Part shown: positions 9,639 through 20,240 of the stretch, in pieces
How the letters are laid out: every line of letters starts with the position of its first letter
Position numbering within the stretch: position 1 is the stretch's first letter
Source of the DNA: Nitrosopumilus sp.
Lineage (GTDB): Archaea; Thermoproteota; Nitrososphaeria; Nitrososphaerales; Nitrosopumilaceae
Direction of reading: 5' to 3'
Assembly (NCBI GenBank): GCA_965205215.1
Contig: OZ242041.1
Span: 2,034,240-2,098,239, forward strand
DNA length: 64,000 nucleotides
Position numbers and translations under genes: made by a program
Notes under the pieces: generated by a model
Told to the model about the DNA's origin: nothing
Databases searched by the model: none
The model's input: the letters and a program-made list of their open reading frames with translations, nothing else

Positions 9639-9911
9639 TTGGCATGGGATGTCGTTTATACCAAACAAGCTGCAAACAGTCTGGGAAGAATAGCCAAAAG
9701 TGACAAAAAAATGGCAGCCCGCATAATGGACCGCATCGACGAGGTTGCAAAACAGGATCCATACGCGTCTACGATGCGCCTATCCGGGGTGCCATTACAC
9801 AGGCTGCGCGTGGGGGATTACAGAGCAATACTGGATTTACAAAATGGATTGATGAGAGTTTATGTGATAATGGTCGACAAGCGAGCACGATCCTATAGAG
9901 AACTCCGATGA
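9639..9911 (+). CDS. relE: RelE/ParE-family toxin
   Basis: 90 aa with RLRVGDYRAI and C-terminal R..Y. Confidence 0.85.
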   Translation: MAWDVVYTKQAANSLGRIAKSDKKMAARIMDRIDEVAKQDPYASTMRLSGVPLHRLRVGDYRAILDLQNGLMRVYVIMVDKRARSYRELR

Positions 9912-9917
9912 CGGGCG

Positions 9918-10850
9918 ATGATCAAGGCGATGGACGAGGCATGCCGTACGATACTTGACACCATGCAGCTCTCAATACGCGACGCCCTGGGCGAACCAAG
10001 CGCGGGCGGCCGCATAGGCGTCGCCTTTTCAGGCGGGGTCGACAGCACGCTACTTGCAACCGTGTGCGACGCGATGGGATACGACATCGCGCTCCTGACC
10101 GTCGGGTTTGAAGGGTCACATGACATGGAGTTTGCCCGCGTCGTCGCGTCGGAGATGCCGCACATGAGGGAGCGCCACCGCACGCTGACTATCGGAGACA
10201 CGCCAGACTTTGCCGACGCATACGAGTCGGTGCGAGACGTGATACGCACGGACGACCTCTCATGGATAGAGAACTCTGTGGCCTTTTACCACATATTCCG
10301 CCTAGCGCGCACCATACCGGTTGACGTCGTGCTGACGGCAAACGGGATCGACGAGCTGTTCTGCGGGTATGACGCGTACAGGCGCGCGCTGCACGAACGT
10401 AGCAATGGCGGTGACAATGCTGCAGGTGACGCTGCTGCAGGTGACGGCCGCAGCCCTCCTGCAGATACCAATACGGATTACGCCGTCACGGCTACATACA
10501 GCCCCGCCCAAACCGGCAGCAACGTCGAGGACGTCATTTATGAAATAATGCGCCAAAAGCTGGACAACGAGCTGCGCATGATGCGCGCGATCGACAAGGT
10601 GGCGTCCCTGTGCGGCGTGTCCGTGCTCCAGCCGCTCCTAAGCAAAGGGTTCTGCAGGGCCGCATACGGCATACCGCTCCCCGAGAAGATACGTGGGCCC
10701 TTCGACATGTACCGCAAGCACGTGATAAGGCGTCTTGCCGGCGCAGTGGGTGTGCCCCGCACGTCATACCAAAAGAGGAAAAAGGCCATGCAGTACGGAT
10801 CCGGGATCCACAAGGCCGTCCTCAGGATCAGAAAGAGGCCCGCCGCCTGA
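9918..10850 (+). CDS. Asparagine synthase C-terminal-domain protein
   Basis: AFSGGVDS PP-loop, NGIDELFCGY, KKAMQYGSG. Confidence 0.85.
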   Translation: MIKAMDEACRTILDTMQLSIRDALGEPSAGGRIGVAFSGGVDSTLLATVCDAMGYDIALLTVGFEGSHDMEFARVVASEMPHMRERHRTLTIGDTPDFADAYESVRDVIRTDDLSWIENSVAFYHIFRLARTIPVDVVLTANGIDELFCGYDAYRRALHERSNGGDNAAGDAAAGDGRSPPADTNTDYAVTATYSPAQTGSNVEDVIYEIMRQKLDNELRMMRAIDKVASLCGVSVLQPLLSKGFCRAAYGIPLPEKIRGPFDMYRKHVIRRLAGAVGVPRTSYQKRKKAMQYGSGIHKAVLRIRKRPAA

Positions 10851-12195
10851 CCCTGCCCCGCACCATCCTGCCCACGCCGGATATTATCCGGGAAGACGCG
10901 CCCAGGTGCCTTGCGGGGTCGAATATGCGGTCCACCTCCCGCGGATCCAGTATGGCTGAAGTCGTTTTGTCCATCTTTATGGCCTCGTCGTACGGCGTGC
11001 CGGTCCGGCTTGCCTCAAACGCGACCCTCTGCACGGCCTCGTACGCCGTGATCCGCGGCACTCCCTTCCTAATCATGGCCTCCAGCACAAACTCTGCAAA
11101 TATCTGGCCCCCCGTGGCGCCAAGGTTGCCGCGTATACGGCCGGTGTCGACGCTCAGGTTCTGCACCACCCGCAGCATCGTGCGCAGCATCTCGTCGGCG
11201 AGGATGGATACGGTAGGTATGACAAACCGCTCGTTTGCCGAGTTTGACAGGTCGCGCTCGTGCCACAGCGGTATGTTGTCCATGGATATGCCGATCTGCC
11301 CCTTGAGGATCCGGGCAAGGGACGTTATGCGCTCGCTCTTTATCGGGTTGCGCTTGACTGGGACGGCGCTGCTTCCCATCTGGCCCTTCCTGAAGGACTC
11401 GGCCACTTCGCCTATCTCCGTCCTCTGGAGGTTTCTGATCTCGACTGCAATCTTCTCAAGCGTCGCGCCGATCAGCGCCGCGCCGAACACGTACTCGGCG
11501 TACCTCTCCCTCGGCACGATCTGGGTCGCCACCATAATCGGGTGCAGTCCGAGCGTGCGGGCCACCCTCCTCTGCACGTCGGGCGCCCTCCTTCCCATCA
11601 GGGAGCCGGTTCCAACCACCCCCAGCGTCTTGCATACCAGTATCCTTTCTTTCATCTCGTTCATCCTGTCCATGTGGGCCGCCATCTCGGCCGCCCAGTT
11701 TGCAAACTTTAGCCCGAACGACACTATGCTTGCATGCTGCCCGTGGGTCCTGCCGACTGCCGGGACATCGGCGTACCTTGCCGCCATGTCCGCCAGCACG
11801 GATGCCAGCTTGGCGGCCTTGGGATACATGATGTTCATGGCATCGCGCATCAGCATCGAGTTGCTGGTGTCGACCAGATCGTTGCTTGTAAGCCCGTAGT
11901 GAATCCAGGGCCTGGCGTGCTCGGGGCATATCCGGCCCAGCGCCTCCACCAGCGCGGCCGTGTCGTGGTCGCGCTTTGCCTCCAGCGCGGCCACGCGCCT
12001 TGCGGGTACGGCCCCGGGCCTGGCGGCCCTCCTGATTGCCGAGGCCGCCCTCCTCGGTATCATGCCGATCTCGCCCTGCGCCGAGGCGACCGCGGCCTCT
12101 ATCAGCACCTGGCAGTCTATCTTGTTCTGGCCCCCAAACACGGCCTTCATCTCGTCGGTGCCGTACCGTCCGTCGTCGATCGGGAGGATGGCCAT
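10828..12195 (-). CDS. purB: Adenylosuccinate lyase
   Basis: HYGLTSND, GRTHGQHA, GSSAVPVKRNP, HERDLSNS. Confidence 0.96.
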   Translation of the reverse strand: MAILPIDDGRYGTDEMKAVFGGQNKIDCQVLIEAAVASAQGEIGMIPRRAASAIRRAARPGAVPARRVAALEAKRDHDTAALVEALGRICPEHARPWIHYGLTSNDLVDTSNSMLMRDAMNIMYPKAAKLASVLADMAARYADVPAVGRTHGQHASIVSFGLKFANWAAEMAAHMDRMNEMKERILVCKTLGVVGTGSLMGRRAPDVQRRVARTLGLHPIMVATQIVPRERYAEYVFGAALIGATLEKIAVEIRNLQRTEIGEVAESFRKGQMGSSAVPVKRNPIKSERITSLARILKGQIGISMDNIPLWHERDLSNSANERFVIPTVSILADEMLRTMLRVVQNLSVDTGRIRGNLGATGGQIFAEFVLEAMIRKGVPRITAYEAVQRVAFEASRTGTPYDEAIKMDKTTSAILDPREVDRIFDPARHLGASSRIISGVGRMVRGRVRRRASF

Positions 12196-12431
12196 CGCGT
12201 CGCGTATCATGCGTTTCAAAATAAATCCTTTCTTGGCGACATTTTGTGACATGCGGGGCCCGGGATGACCGGCAGTCCTCCCGAATGGGCGCGCATAGCC
12301 GTGCCGGTAGCGCGCCGAGCGGCCCTGCGGTGGATGGAAGGGGAGAAGTTGGAAGCAGGAACGAGGCGCCTGCAGGGCCGGCCGGATGCCGACCTTAGGA
12401 TTTAAAATGCCATTGCCCGTTTTGCAGGTAA

Positions 12432-13886
12432 ATGCCAGACCACACAGTACGGCCGGTACGGGCCGGAAAGAACCAGTACGTCATAGAGCCCGACGAGTCG
12501 TCCGGCCGTATCGCGCCCGTCCGCATATACGCCGACGACGCGCTGCTTGACAAAATGATGACCGACCGCACCATAAGGCAGGCCTGCAACGTGGCGTCCA
12601 TACCAGGCATAGTGGGGCACGGGGTGGTACTGCCCGACGGGCACGAGGGGTACGGGTTCCCGGTCGGCGGCGTGGCGGCCATGGACGCCGACGAGGGCAT
12701 GATCAGCCCCGGCGGCGTCGGATACGACATCAACTGCGGCGTCAGGCTGCTGAGGACGGACCTTGACGAGGCGCAGATGCGCCCGCGCATAAAGGACGTA
12801 ATATCGGACCTGTTTGGCGCCATCCCCTCCGGCGTCGGCTCAAAGGGCGCCGTCCGGCTCAGAAGGTCGGAGCTTGACGAGGTGATGGTAAGGGGGGTGG
12901 ACTGGGCAGTGGAGAACGGGTACGGCTCCGCGGACGACGCGGACTCCTGCGAGGAGTCCGGGCGCATCGGCGGCGCCGATCCCGGCGCGGTCTCCGAGAA
13001 GGCAAAGAGCAGGGGCGCCCCCCAGCTTGGCAGCCTGGGCTCCGGAAACCACTTTCTGGAGATCCAGAAGGTGGCGGAGATACACGACGAGGTTGCGGCC
13101 GAGCGGATGGGGATCAGGCTGGGCGCCATAACCATACTGATCCACTGCGGGTCCCGCGGGTTCGGGCACCAGATATGCAGCGACTACCTGAGGGTGTCGG
13201 AGCGGTGCATGCCAAAGTACGGCATCACCCTGCCGGACAGGGAGCTTGCGTGCGTCCCCAACTCGTCGGAGGAGGGCGAGTCGTATCGCAGGGCGATGTT
13301 TGCCGCGCTCAACTTTGCGTGGAGCAACAGGCAGATGATAACCCACTGGACGCGCAAGTCGTTTGAGCGCGTCTTTTCGCGGTCCGAGACCGACCTGGGC
13401 ATGCGGCTGGTGTACGACGTGGCCCACAACATCGCAAAGGTGGAGGAGCACGAGGTGGACGGCGAGAGGCGCAGGCTGGTGGTGCACCGCAAGGGGGCCA
13501 CCAGGTCGTTCCCGGCCGACCGCAGCGAGGTTCCCTCCAGGTACAGGGACATCGGGCAGCCGGTGCTGGTGCCCGGCTCGATGGGCACCGCAAGCTGGAT
13601 TCTCCTGGGGCAGCCAAACGCAATGAGCCTGAGCTTTGGATCCACGGCGCACGGCGCGGGGCGCATGATGTCTAGGTCCAAGGCGCGCCGCAACTATACG
13701 GAACAGCAGGTCAGGGCGTCGCTCAACAGCAGGGGCATATTCATAAAGTCACTCACGCGGGACGGGGTGGTCGAGGAGACGCCGGAGGCATACAAGGACG
13801 TGGACGCCGTGGTGGAGGTGTCGCACGCGCTCGGCATCGGCACAAAGGTCGCAAAGCTCGTCCCCATGGGCGTCATGAAGGGGTGA
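12432..13886 (+). CDS. rtcB: RNA-splicing ligase RtcB
   Basis: PDGHEGYGFPVG, GYDINCG, GSGNHF, HRKGAT, HGAGR. Confidence 0.97.
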   Translation: MPDHTVRPVRAGKNQYVIEPDESSGRIAPVRIYADDALLDKMMTDRTIRQACNVASIPGIVGHGVVLPDGHEGYGFPVGGVAAMDADEGMISPGGVGYDINCGVRLLRTDLDEAQMRPRIKDVISDLFGAIPSGVGSKGAVRLRRSELDEVMVRGVDWAVENGYGSADDADSCEESGRIGGADPGAVSEKAKSRGAPQLGSLGSGNHFLEIQKVAEIHDEVAAERMGIRLGAITILIHCGSRGFGHQICSDYLRVSERCMPKYGITLPDRELACVPNSSEEGESYRRAMFAALNFAWSNRQMITHWTRKSFERVFSRSETDLGMRLVYDVAHNIAKVEEHEVDGERRRLVVHRKGATRSFPADRSEVPSRYRDIGQPVLVPGSMGTASWILLGQPNAMSLSFGSTAHGAGRMMSRSKARRNYTEQQVRASLNSRGIFIKSLTRDGVVEETPEAYKDVDAVVEVSHALGIGTKVAKLVPMGVMKG

Positions 13887-13890
13887 TTGC

Positions 13891-14355
13891 TTGGCAGAGG
13901 GCGGCGACGCGGAGCTCGAGAGGCTAAAGGCCAGGAGGCTGGCGGAGATGCAGAGGAACATCTCCGCAAAAAAGGGGCGCGAGGAGGCGGGCAAGGACGC
14001 CGGTTCGGAGAAGGGGAGTGGCGGGCCGGCAGCCGCGCGCGACGTGGTGGTGGCGTCGCTCGGGTTCAGGGGGCTCGAGGTGCTCGAGAGCGCAGAGGCC
14101 CAGTATCCGGCAGAGGCCAAGGTGATAGTGGGCAGGCTTGCAGAGATAATACGCTCAGAGAACATCCCAGACAAGATTGACGGGGGACAGCTGCTAGCCG
14201 TATTCCGCATGGTGGGGCTTCCAGTAAAGATCAGGACGTCGATCAAGATAGAGAAGGACGGAAAGTTTGTCTCCATTTCAGACAGGCTGAAGAATGTAAG
14301 AAACGGCAGCGCCGTTGCTGCTGCTGCGGCGGCGGGGGAGGATGACGCCAACTGA
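13891..14355 (+). CDS. PDCD5/TFAR19-like DNA-binding protein
   Basis: ELERLKARRLAEMQ N-terminus; KID..LL..FR. Confidence 0.65.
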   Translation: MAEGGDAELERLKARRLAEMQRNISAKKGREEAGKDAGSEKGSGGPAAARDVVVASLGFRGLEVLESAEAQYPAEAKVIVGRLAEIIRSENIPDKIDGGQLLAVFRMVGLPVKIRTSIKIEKDGKFVSISDRLKNVRNGSAVAAAAAAGEDDAN

Positions 14356-14407
14356 CGCCTCGCCGTATGCGTCGCGGCGCATGCAGTGTCGCGGTACGCT
14401 GTTGTAG

Positions 14408-14842
14408 TTGTTGCAGCGGCGATGGCAGCAGTCGCGCTCATCCCAATCTTGGACTACGTGCGGGCGCAGCTACCGCCGCCGCTGTCGCCGCTGTCGCCGG
14501 GAGGCCACGTGCACATTGAGCGCGCACGACGCGGGAGTCTCGCTTGAGATTGCCGGGCACGACTATACCGGCGACAAGCTTGCAATCAAGATGGCCCTCT
14601 CCCACATGGAGAGCCTGGTAGGCGCGTACAACGGGTATGAGACGGGGCCGCCGTCGGAGCGCTTTGGATGGACGTTCTTTGGCCTGTCGATAAAGCCAGA
14701 CCTCCAGGCCGGAATCGAGTCCGAGTTCTCCGACATGCTTGCCAAATACCAGAAGGAGAAGGACCGCTCAAGGCGCTTTGCCATGTTTCTCTCGGACTAT
14801 TTCGCGTCAAGAAACTGCAGCGTAAAGGTGAGGGTGGCATAA
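14408..14842 (+). CDS. Hypothetical protein (start uncertain)
   Basis: Globular-looking 3' part (DKLAIKMAL...FGWTFF). Confidence 0.55.
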   Translation: MLQRRWQQSRSSQSWTTCGRSYRRRCRRCRREATCTLSAHDAGVSLEIAGHDYTGDKLAIKMALSHMESLVGAYNGYETGPPSERFGWTFFGLSIKPDLQAGIESEFSDMLAKYQKEKDRSRRFAMFLSDYFASRNCSVKVRVA

Positions 14843-14974
14843 CAAGCCACTGATGCCGCACGGTTGCTCCATGTAGCCATGTCCGTCACGCGGGAGGATG
14901 CTATGCCGCGCACGGCGCGACGCCTGCAGTCTTGATGAAAATCGGCTCTCGAGGGCTGCCGTGCTCTGGAACGC

Positions 14975-15895
14975 TCAGACTCTTCTGCCGCGCTTGCCAC
15001 CCTTCTTTCTGGTGGTGTCGTGTGGGATCGGCGTCACGTCGTCAATCCTGCCTATCTTGAACCCGCCTCTTGCCAATGCCCTGATTGCAGACTGGGCCCC
15101 GGGTCCCGGCACCCTTGATCCCACGCCGCCTACCGCGCGCACCCTGATGTGAAATCCTACAAACCCCTTTGCCCTTGCAGACTCGATTACCGCATTTGCG
15201 GCCTTCATCGCGGCAAACGGCGACGACTCGTACCTGTCGGCGTTGACGTGTATGCCGCCCGAGCTGATCGCAACGGTCTCCCCGCCGGTCAAGTCCGTCA
15301 TGTGGATTATCGTATTGTTGTAGCTGCTAAAGATGTGGGCTATCCCCCACTTTTCATTCTCGTGTCTTACGGACTCTTGCGCCGCGTCCGGATCCTGCTG
15401 CTGCTTGCGGCGGGCCTGGGACATGTCTTCGGCCTTTATCGCGTCCACCATGCTCTCTGAGGACTCGGCGTCGGCCTGTATGGCCTTGGCGCGCGTCTCG
15501 GTTGCAGTACGCAGCTTTGCAAGCTGGGCCTGCGCGTCGGACGCAGAGATCTCTACTGTCTGCGTCTCATTGCCATCATCATCATCACCATCATCATCAT
15601 CACCATCGCCGTCCCCGCCCGAGTCTGCCTTATCAGGAGAGCCTTCTGCCGCGGCCCCGTCAGGGTCGGACTGACCGCCGGCGTCATTAGCCTGATCACC
15701 CTTGTCATTGTCATCACTCTTGCCATCTTTCACATCATCATTCCTGCCACCGTCGCCGTCTGCCGCAACGTCCTTGTCCCCTCCGGCGCCCTCCGCCTGC
15801 GGTACGTCCTGTTCAGCCTCCGCGGCACTCTCTTCGGGGGCCTTGTCGGTGGCCTCCTTGTACTCTTCTTCCCCATCTGGCAATAACCCATCCAT
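14975..15895 (-). CDS. rps11: 30S ribosomal protein uS11 with long acidic N-terminal extension
   Basis: [42 protein letters not shown]. Confidence 0.95.
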   Translation of the reverse strand: MDGLLPDGEEEYKEATDKAPEESAAEAEQDVPQAEGAGGDKDVAADGDGGRNDDVKDGKSDDNDKGDQANDAGGQSDPDGAAAEGSPDKADSGGDGDGDDDDGDDDDGNETQTVEISASDAQAQLAKLRTATETRAKAIQADAESSESMVDAIKAEDMSQARRKQQQDPDAAQESVRHENEKWGIAHIFSSYNNTIIHMTDLTGGETVAISSGGIHVNADRYESSPFAAMKAANAVIESARAKGFVGFHIRVRAVGGVGSRVPGPGAQSAIRALARGGFKIGRIDDVTPIPHDTTRKKGGKRGRRV

Positions 15896-16000
15896 CCATG
15901 GGGGTTTAAAATACACTACGCATCGGGCTGTACGGTGCGTACGCCGCATGCAGGCGGCATACGCCGATGCTTCAAATACGCGCCGCCGCCATATGTTGTG

Positions 16001-16327
16001 ATGGCATACGGCATGATGCTTGCAGTGGCCGGGACTGCCGTTGCGGCCGCCATATTCGGCTCCATAGCGCTACAGTATGTGGTGCCGACAGGGGACAACA
16101 TCGTGACGCCCCTAGAGCAGAGGTGCACGGACGTGGCGCGGCAGGGCTATGCAATACATTCCGCCTACCCGGACATGACTCTTGACGAGATACCCGTCGA
16201 TGACGCGAGGCTCCTGATCAAGCTTGACGAGATATGGATGAACGAGTGCGTTCCAAGGCTTCCGGCAAGTGTCATTATTGAGATTGCAGACGGCGTGGAG
16301 CGCGGCTCGCCCACGAGGGGCGAGTAG
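16001..16327 (+). CDS. Hypothetical membrane-anchored protein
   Basis: N-terminal TM helix; two Cys. Confidence 0.55.
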   Translation: MAYGMMLAVAGTAVAAAIFGSIALQYVVPTGDNIVTPLEQRCTDVARQGYAIHSAYPDMTLDEIPVDDARLLIKLDEIWMNECVPRLPASVIIEIADGVERGSPTRGE

Positions 16328-16386
16328 CCCCCGACCGCAGGCCCGTATGCAATTCGTGCAGCTGCACTCATTGTGGGTTGCACCCG

Positions 16387-17442
16387 TCAGGATGCAAGGT
16401 GATCCCACCCGGAATCCTCTATCCTGATGCGGGTGTCGTCGTCGCCTCCACCGCGCCGCACATACACGGGGTACCTCCAACCCCTCCCCGTGGCCTTTAC
16501 GGTACCGATCCTCATCAGAGGAACCCCGAGCCTGCCCGCAACCTTGGCCATTCTCCTGCCACCGGACTCCGTTGCCGTGAACACTATCTCGTACTCTTCC
16601 CCGCCATAAAACACCAGATTATCCAGACTCATCCTGTTCTGGCGCGCGTATCTCTCAAGCTGTACCGTGGCGGGGATGTCGTGCACCTCAAATGCGCGGC
16701 CGCTCTGCCTTGCCATCTCGTTGAGCGTGAACCCGAGCCCGTCACTTGAGTCCATCGCGGACGTGAAATACTTGGCGCACCTTGCCCCGAACTCGGCCCT
16801 GGCCACAGGATGCAGCACCGAGCGCACGGCCCTTCTGGCCGCGCCTCCGCTCCCGGCATGCCCCTCCAGAAGCACCTTGAACCCGAGCGCCGTGTACCCG
16901 AACGGGCCCGTCACGAATATCCCGTCCCCCGGCCCTGCTCCCCCCCGGGCCACCTTTCGTTCCAGGGCGTGCTCCCCGACCATGCACACGTTGAAGACAA
17001 ACTCCCTCCCGGCGTTGGTGTCCCCCGCCACTATCCTGACGTTGTATTCGCCCGCGGCGTCTGCAAACCCGTGTGCCATGCCCCTGATGTCGCCGCGGGT
17101 CGCGCCCTTTGGTATGTTGACCGATATGGTCCCGAACCGGGGCCTGGCCCCCTTGGCGGCCAAGTCGCTTATGCAGGATACGACGCTCTTCCTTGCGGCC
17201 TGCCTCAGGGTCATGCGCGGCGGCATGTCCGTGCTCTGGACCCAGGTGTCGGTGTTGATGACAAGGGTCTTTTTGCCGACCCGCGCATATCCGATGTCGT
17301 CGGGCTCCGGCGTGCCGCCTCCCAGCATCCGGCGCATCGTCGCAGCCACGTCACGCTCGCTTACTGCTGCCGCTGCCGCTGCCGCTGTCGCTGCCGTCGC
17401 GCCGCCCCTGCGTGGCGATGCCGTCTTCCTCCCTTTGCCCAT
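16387..17442 (-). CDS. thiL: Thiamine-monophosphate kinase
   Basis: DD, SDLAAKGA, GDTN, MDSSDGL, GGEEYE, GWDHL. Confidence 0.92.
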   Translation of the reverse strand: MGKGRKTASPRRGGATAATAAAAAAAVSERDVAATMRRMLGGGTPEPDDIGYARVGKKTLVINTDTWVQSTDMPPRMTLRQAARKSVVSCISDLAAKGARPRFGTISVNIPKGATRGDIRGMAHGFADAAGEYNVRIVAGDTNAGREFVFNVCMVGEHALERKVARGGAGPGDGIFVTGPFGYTALGFKVLLEGHAGSGGAARRAVRSVLHPVARAEFGARCAKYFTSAMDSSDGLGFTLNEMARQSGRAFEVHDIPATVQLERYARQNRMSLDNLVFYGGEEYEIVFTATESGGRRMAKVAGRLGVPLMRIGTVKATGRGWRYPVYVRRGGGDDDTRIRIEDSGWDHLAS

Positions 17443-17459
17443 TGCGCTCGCCTGCCGGC

Positions 17460-18803
17460 TTATCCCCCCGCCATGGCGCGCCTCACGCTCCCGATCACGG
17501 CCTCGCACCTCGCCGCGTCATCGGACTCTGCGGACAGCCTGACTGCGTTCTCGGTGTTCGATTCCCGCACCAGCACCCAGCTGTCATCGTCTATCACCCC
17601 CCTGACGCCGTCAAGCCTCTGGACCTCGGAGCACTCCGATTCCAGCCACTTGAGGGCGCGCTCCATCATGTCGTGCTGCCGCAGGCCTGCCCCCGCAGGC
17701 ATCTTGGTCCGGATTATGTGGTATCTGCCCAGCATGCCAAGCACCTCCCTGAACCGCGCCCCGCCACCGTCCTCCCGAAGCATTCTTGCTATCACGCCCC
17801 CGGCCAGGATGCCGTCCCTGCAGTGGTTGAACTCGGGCAGGATAAAGCCCCCGCTGCTCCCCTCGCCCCCGGCCTGGGCCCCGACCTTTGTCATCTCCTC
17901 TACTACATTTGCCTCCCCGACCTTTGCCCTCGTGTGGATTCCGCCGTGCGACTCTATGAGCCTCTCCACTCCACGGCTGGTGTCCGCGCTCAGGACAAAC
18001 CTTTCGTATCCCATGTCGAGCGCGCCCGCAATGCCAAGCCCCAGGGTTGTATCGGGCGTCTGCTTTGTTCCGTCAGCGACGATGACAAGCCTGTCGCCGT
18101 CAAGATCAAATGCAAACCCTATGCTGCCCTTTGCTCTTGACAGCGACACGAGGCCGTCGAGGCCGTCCGTGGTGGGGTCGGGCCCCCTGGAGCGCGGTTC
18201 GGAGTTTATCACGCTGACGCTGCAGCCGATCTTTTCGTACAGGCGGGGCGCCACGTGCGCGGCTGCGCCCCCGCCCACGTCCACTGCAATCCGCGGACTG
18301 CCCCCTATCTCCCCGATTACCTCTGCTGCCTCCTCCACGTACGTCGACGCGTGGCTGCGCCTTACCCCGGGCTCTGTTGCCGTTGCCAGGGCCGCGGCAT
18401 CCCTGCCGCCGTCCTCCTGTGCGCCGTTCCCGCGACCGCGCGCCCCCGTTATGAGTGGGAGCTCCGACTCGTTTATCCCCCTGCCGCCCGTGACGAACTT
18501 TAACCCGTTCCATTCTAGCGGATTGTGCGACGACGTTATCACCACGCCGGCGCCGATCCTTCTTGCCTCCCGGAACACCACGGGCGTGGGCGCCACGCCC
18601 ATATCGTACACGTCCACGCCTCCCTCCATCAGCCCCGCGTGGGCGGCGCGCTCCATCATGGGCCCCGACGGCCTAGTGTCCCTGCCGGTCACGCACCTGC
18701 CGCCGGACAGGCTTGCAAAATTGCCGCAGAATCTGATTACGTCCCTGATGCCAATGTCGTCCCCGACAATCCCCCTGATCCCCGAGATCGTCTTCTTCAC
18801 CAC
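17460..18803 (-). CDS. Phosphoglucomutase/phosphomannomutase family protein
   Basis: GRDTRPSG, TSSHNP, FDLDGDR, GGEGSSG. Confidence 0.92.
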   Translation of the reverse strand: MVKKTISGIRGIVGDDIGIRDVIRFCGNFASLSGGRCVTGRDTRPSGPMMERAAHAGLMEGGVDVYDMGVAPTPVVFREARRIGAGVVITSSHNPLEWNGLKFVTGGRGINESELPLITGARGRGNGAQEDGGRDAAALATATEPGVRRSHASTYVEEAAEVIGEIGGSPRIAVDVGGGAAAHVAPRLYEKIGCSVSVINSEPRSRGPDPTTDGLDGLVSLSRAKGSIGFAFDLDGDRLVIVADGTKQTPDTTLGLGIAGALDMGYERFVLSADTSRGVERLIESHGGIHTRAKVGEANVVEEMTKVGAQAGGEGSSGGFILPEFNHCRDGILAGGVIARMLREDGGGARFREVLGMLGRYHIIRTKMPAGAGLRQHDMMERALKWLESECSEVQRLDGVRGVIDDDSWVLVRESNTENAVRLSAESDDAARCEAVIGSVRRAMAGG

Positions 18804-18851
18804 AGCGCTTTGGGATACTTTTTATTAACTCTGATGATGACCGCCACACAT

Positions 18852-18925
18852 GCCTTGGTAGCTCAGCCCGGTAGAGCGAACGCCTCGTAAGCGTTAGGTC
18901 GCGGGTTCAGATCCCGTCCGAGGCT
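18852..18925 (+). tRNA. tRNA-Thr(CGT)
   Basis: GCCTTGG/CCGAGGC acceptor stem; AACGC-CT-CGT-AA-GCGTT anticodon arm; GGTTCAGATCC T-arm. Confidence 0.95.
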
Positions 18926-19364
18926 TCATACTAATCCCGATAAAACTCCCAGAGGGTTGGAAACCCGAGCGTGCGGCGCCTCACCGCGCCTGAGACTCGT
19001 GCTCGTCAAGGGACTCTAGGTCGACTTGGAGTTCCTCGCCGAGGCCCTCCCACCATCTCTCCTCACCGGATGTCCCCATGACTACTCTTGGAGTCTGATC
19101 CTTCCTTATAGATCTGTCGGTATTTCCCAGCGGATCAGGAGCCGCCGCCACTGCCACCATGATCATCAGCGCCGTTGTGACTGAGTTTCCGGTACTGCGG
19201 GGCAATGCCGGCGGTGCGGCCATGTCTGGGAATGGACGTGAACATGCGCGGCGTCGCTGTCACCACCGTGCTCACCGTGATGATCATAATAAATATGATC
19301 AATGACGCGCCTGCCCGTCACGCCACAAGATGTTACGCGGTCAGCGGAATCGGCATGGCGCCCG

Positions 19365-19571
19365 TCAGGCGCCGGCCCCGCTGTCGTGGGACTCTGCGCC
19401 TTCCTTCTTGTTCTTCATCTTTCTGTATACGATTATGCCAAGCGCCCCGGCGGCGCAGCCCCAGAACACGTACGACGTGCCGGCGTCGACTGCGGGGCGG
19501 AACGCCCCGACGTAGCTCAGTATCATTATGGCCACCAGTCCGAGCCCCGCGACTTCCAGTCCCCTTGCCAT
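19365..19571 (-). CDS. Small two-TM membrane protein
   Basis: Two hydrophobic segments and a basic tail. Confidence 0.5.
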   Translation of the reverse strand: MARGLEVAGLGLVAIMILSYVGAFRPAVDAGTSYVFWGCAAGALGIIVYRKMKNKKEGAESHDSGAGA

Positions 19572-19599
19572 CTGAATGTGGGGCGGATCAAAAAGATAT

Positions 19600-19833
19600 A
19601 TGGTTTTCCCGCGTGCGCGTATCGTGGACAAGTATCTTACCGTGATTCTGATATTCATGTTTGTCGGGATTCCAATCTCCTTTGTGAGCCCGACCACCGG
19701 CGAGCTCAGGTTCCTTCCGGTTCTCTTTTACACCTCGATTGGCGGAATAGTCGCAATATTCCTGTATGACTCATACAAGACTCGAAAGCAGCGGCAGCTT
19801 ACAAGGGACAAGCGCAAGAGGTCTAAAAAGTAG
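19600..19833 (+). CDS. Small two-TM membrane protein
   Basis: Two hydrophobic segments and an R/K-rich tail. Confidence 0.6.
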   Translation: MVFPRARIVDKYLTVILIFMFVGIPISFVSPTTGELRFLPVLFYTSIGGIVAIFLYDSYKTRKQRQLTRDKRKRSKK

Positions 19834-19951
19834 GCGGCTTGGCCGTGCGCCATGGGCATGCCTGGCGCCTGCCGTAACGGCGCCATGCACCGCAGACGCG
19901 CGCAGGCCGCACCGGGATCTTGCAAAAAATGAAAAAAAGACGGCTAGCCGC

Positions 19952-20233
19952 CTACAGGTCCAGTCCGAAGGACTCTGCAATGCTGGAGAACTTTACGTAC
20001 GACTCCAGATACTGCCTGCCCTTGGGGGTTATTACGAAAGTGTTCCTGCCGTCATATTCGATACGGTTTACGAGTCCGGCACCGGTCAGGTTGTCCATGA
20101 ACTTTGATAATCGCGAGTGTGAGATGTTGGCCTTTGTCAGCAGGGACGTGGTCTTGATGCCGTCCCGTCCAGATTCCTGTGTTACGGTCAGTAGATCCGC
20201 TACAATCTGCATGCTTGTTCTGTATGCTACCAT
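19952..20233 (-). CDS. Winged-helix transcriptional regulator (HTH_45-like)
   Basis: YRT.MQIVADLL..KANISH.RL..L...GL..ITPKG. Confidence 0.85.
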   Translation of the reverse strand: MVAYRTSMQIVADLLTVTQESGRDGIKTTSLLTKANISHSRLSKFMDNLTGAGLVNRIEYDGRNTFVITPKGRQYLESYVKFSSIAESFGLDL

Positions 20234-20240
20234 GTTTCAC

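Noticed and set aside
18981-19223. Short minus-strand ORF downstream of tRNA-Thr
   Set aside because: No recognisable motif or clear start; cannot be supported.
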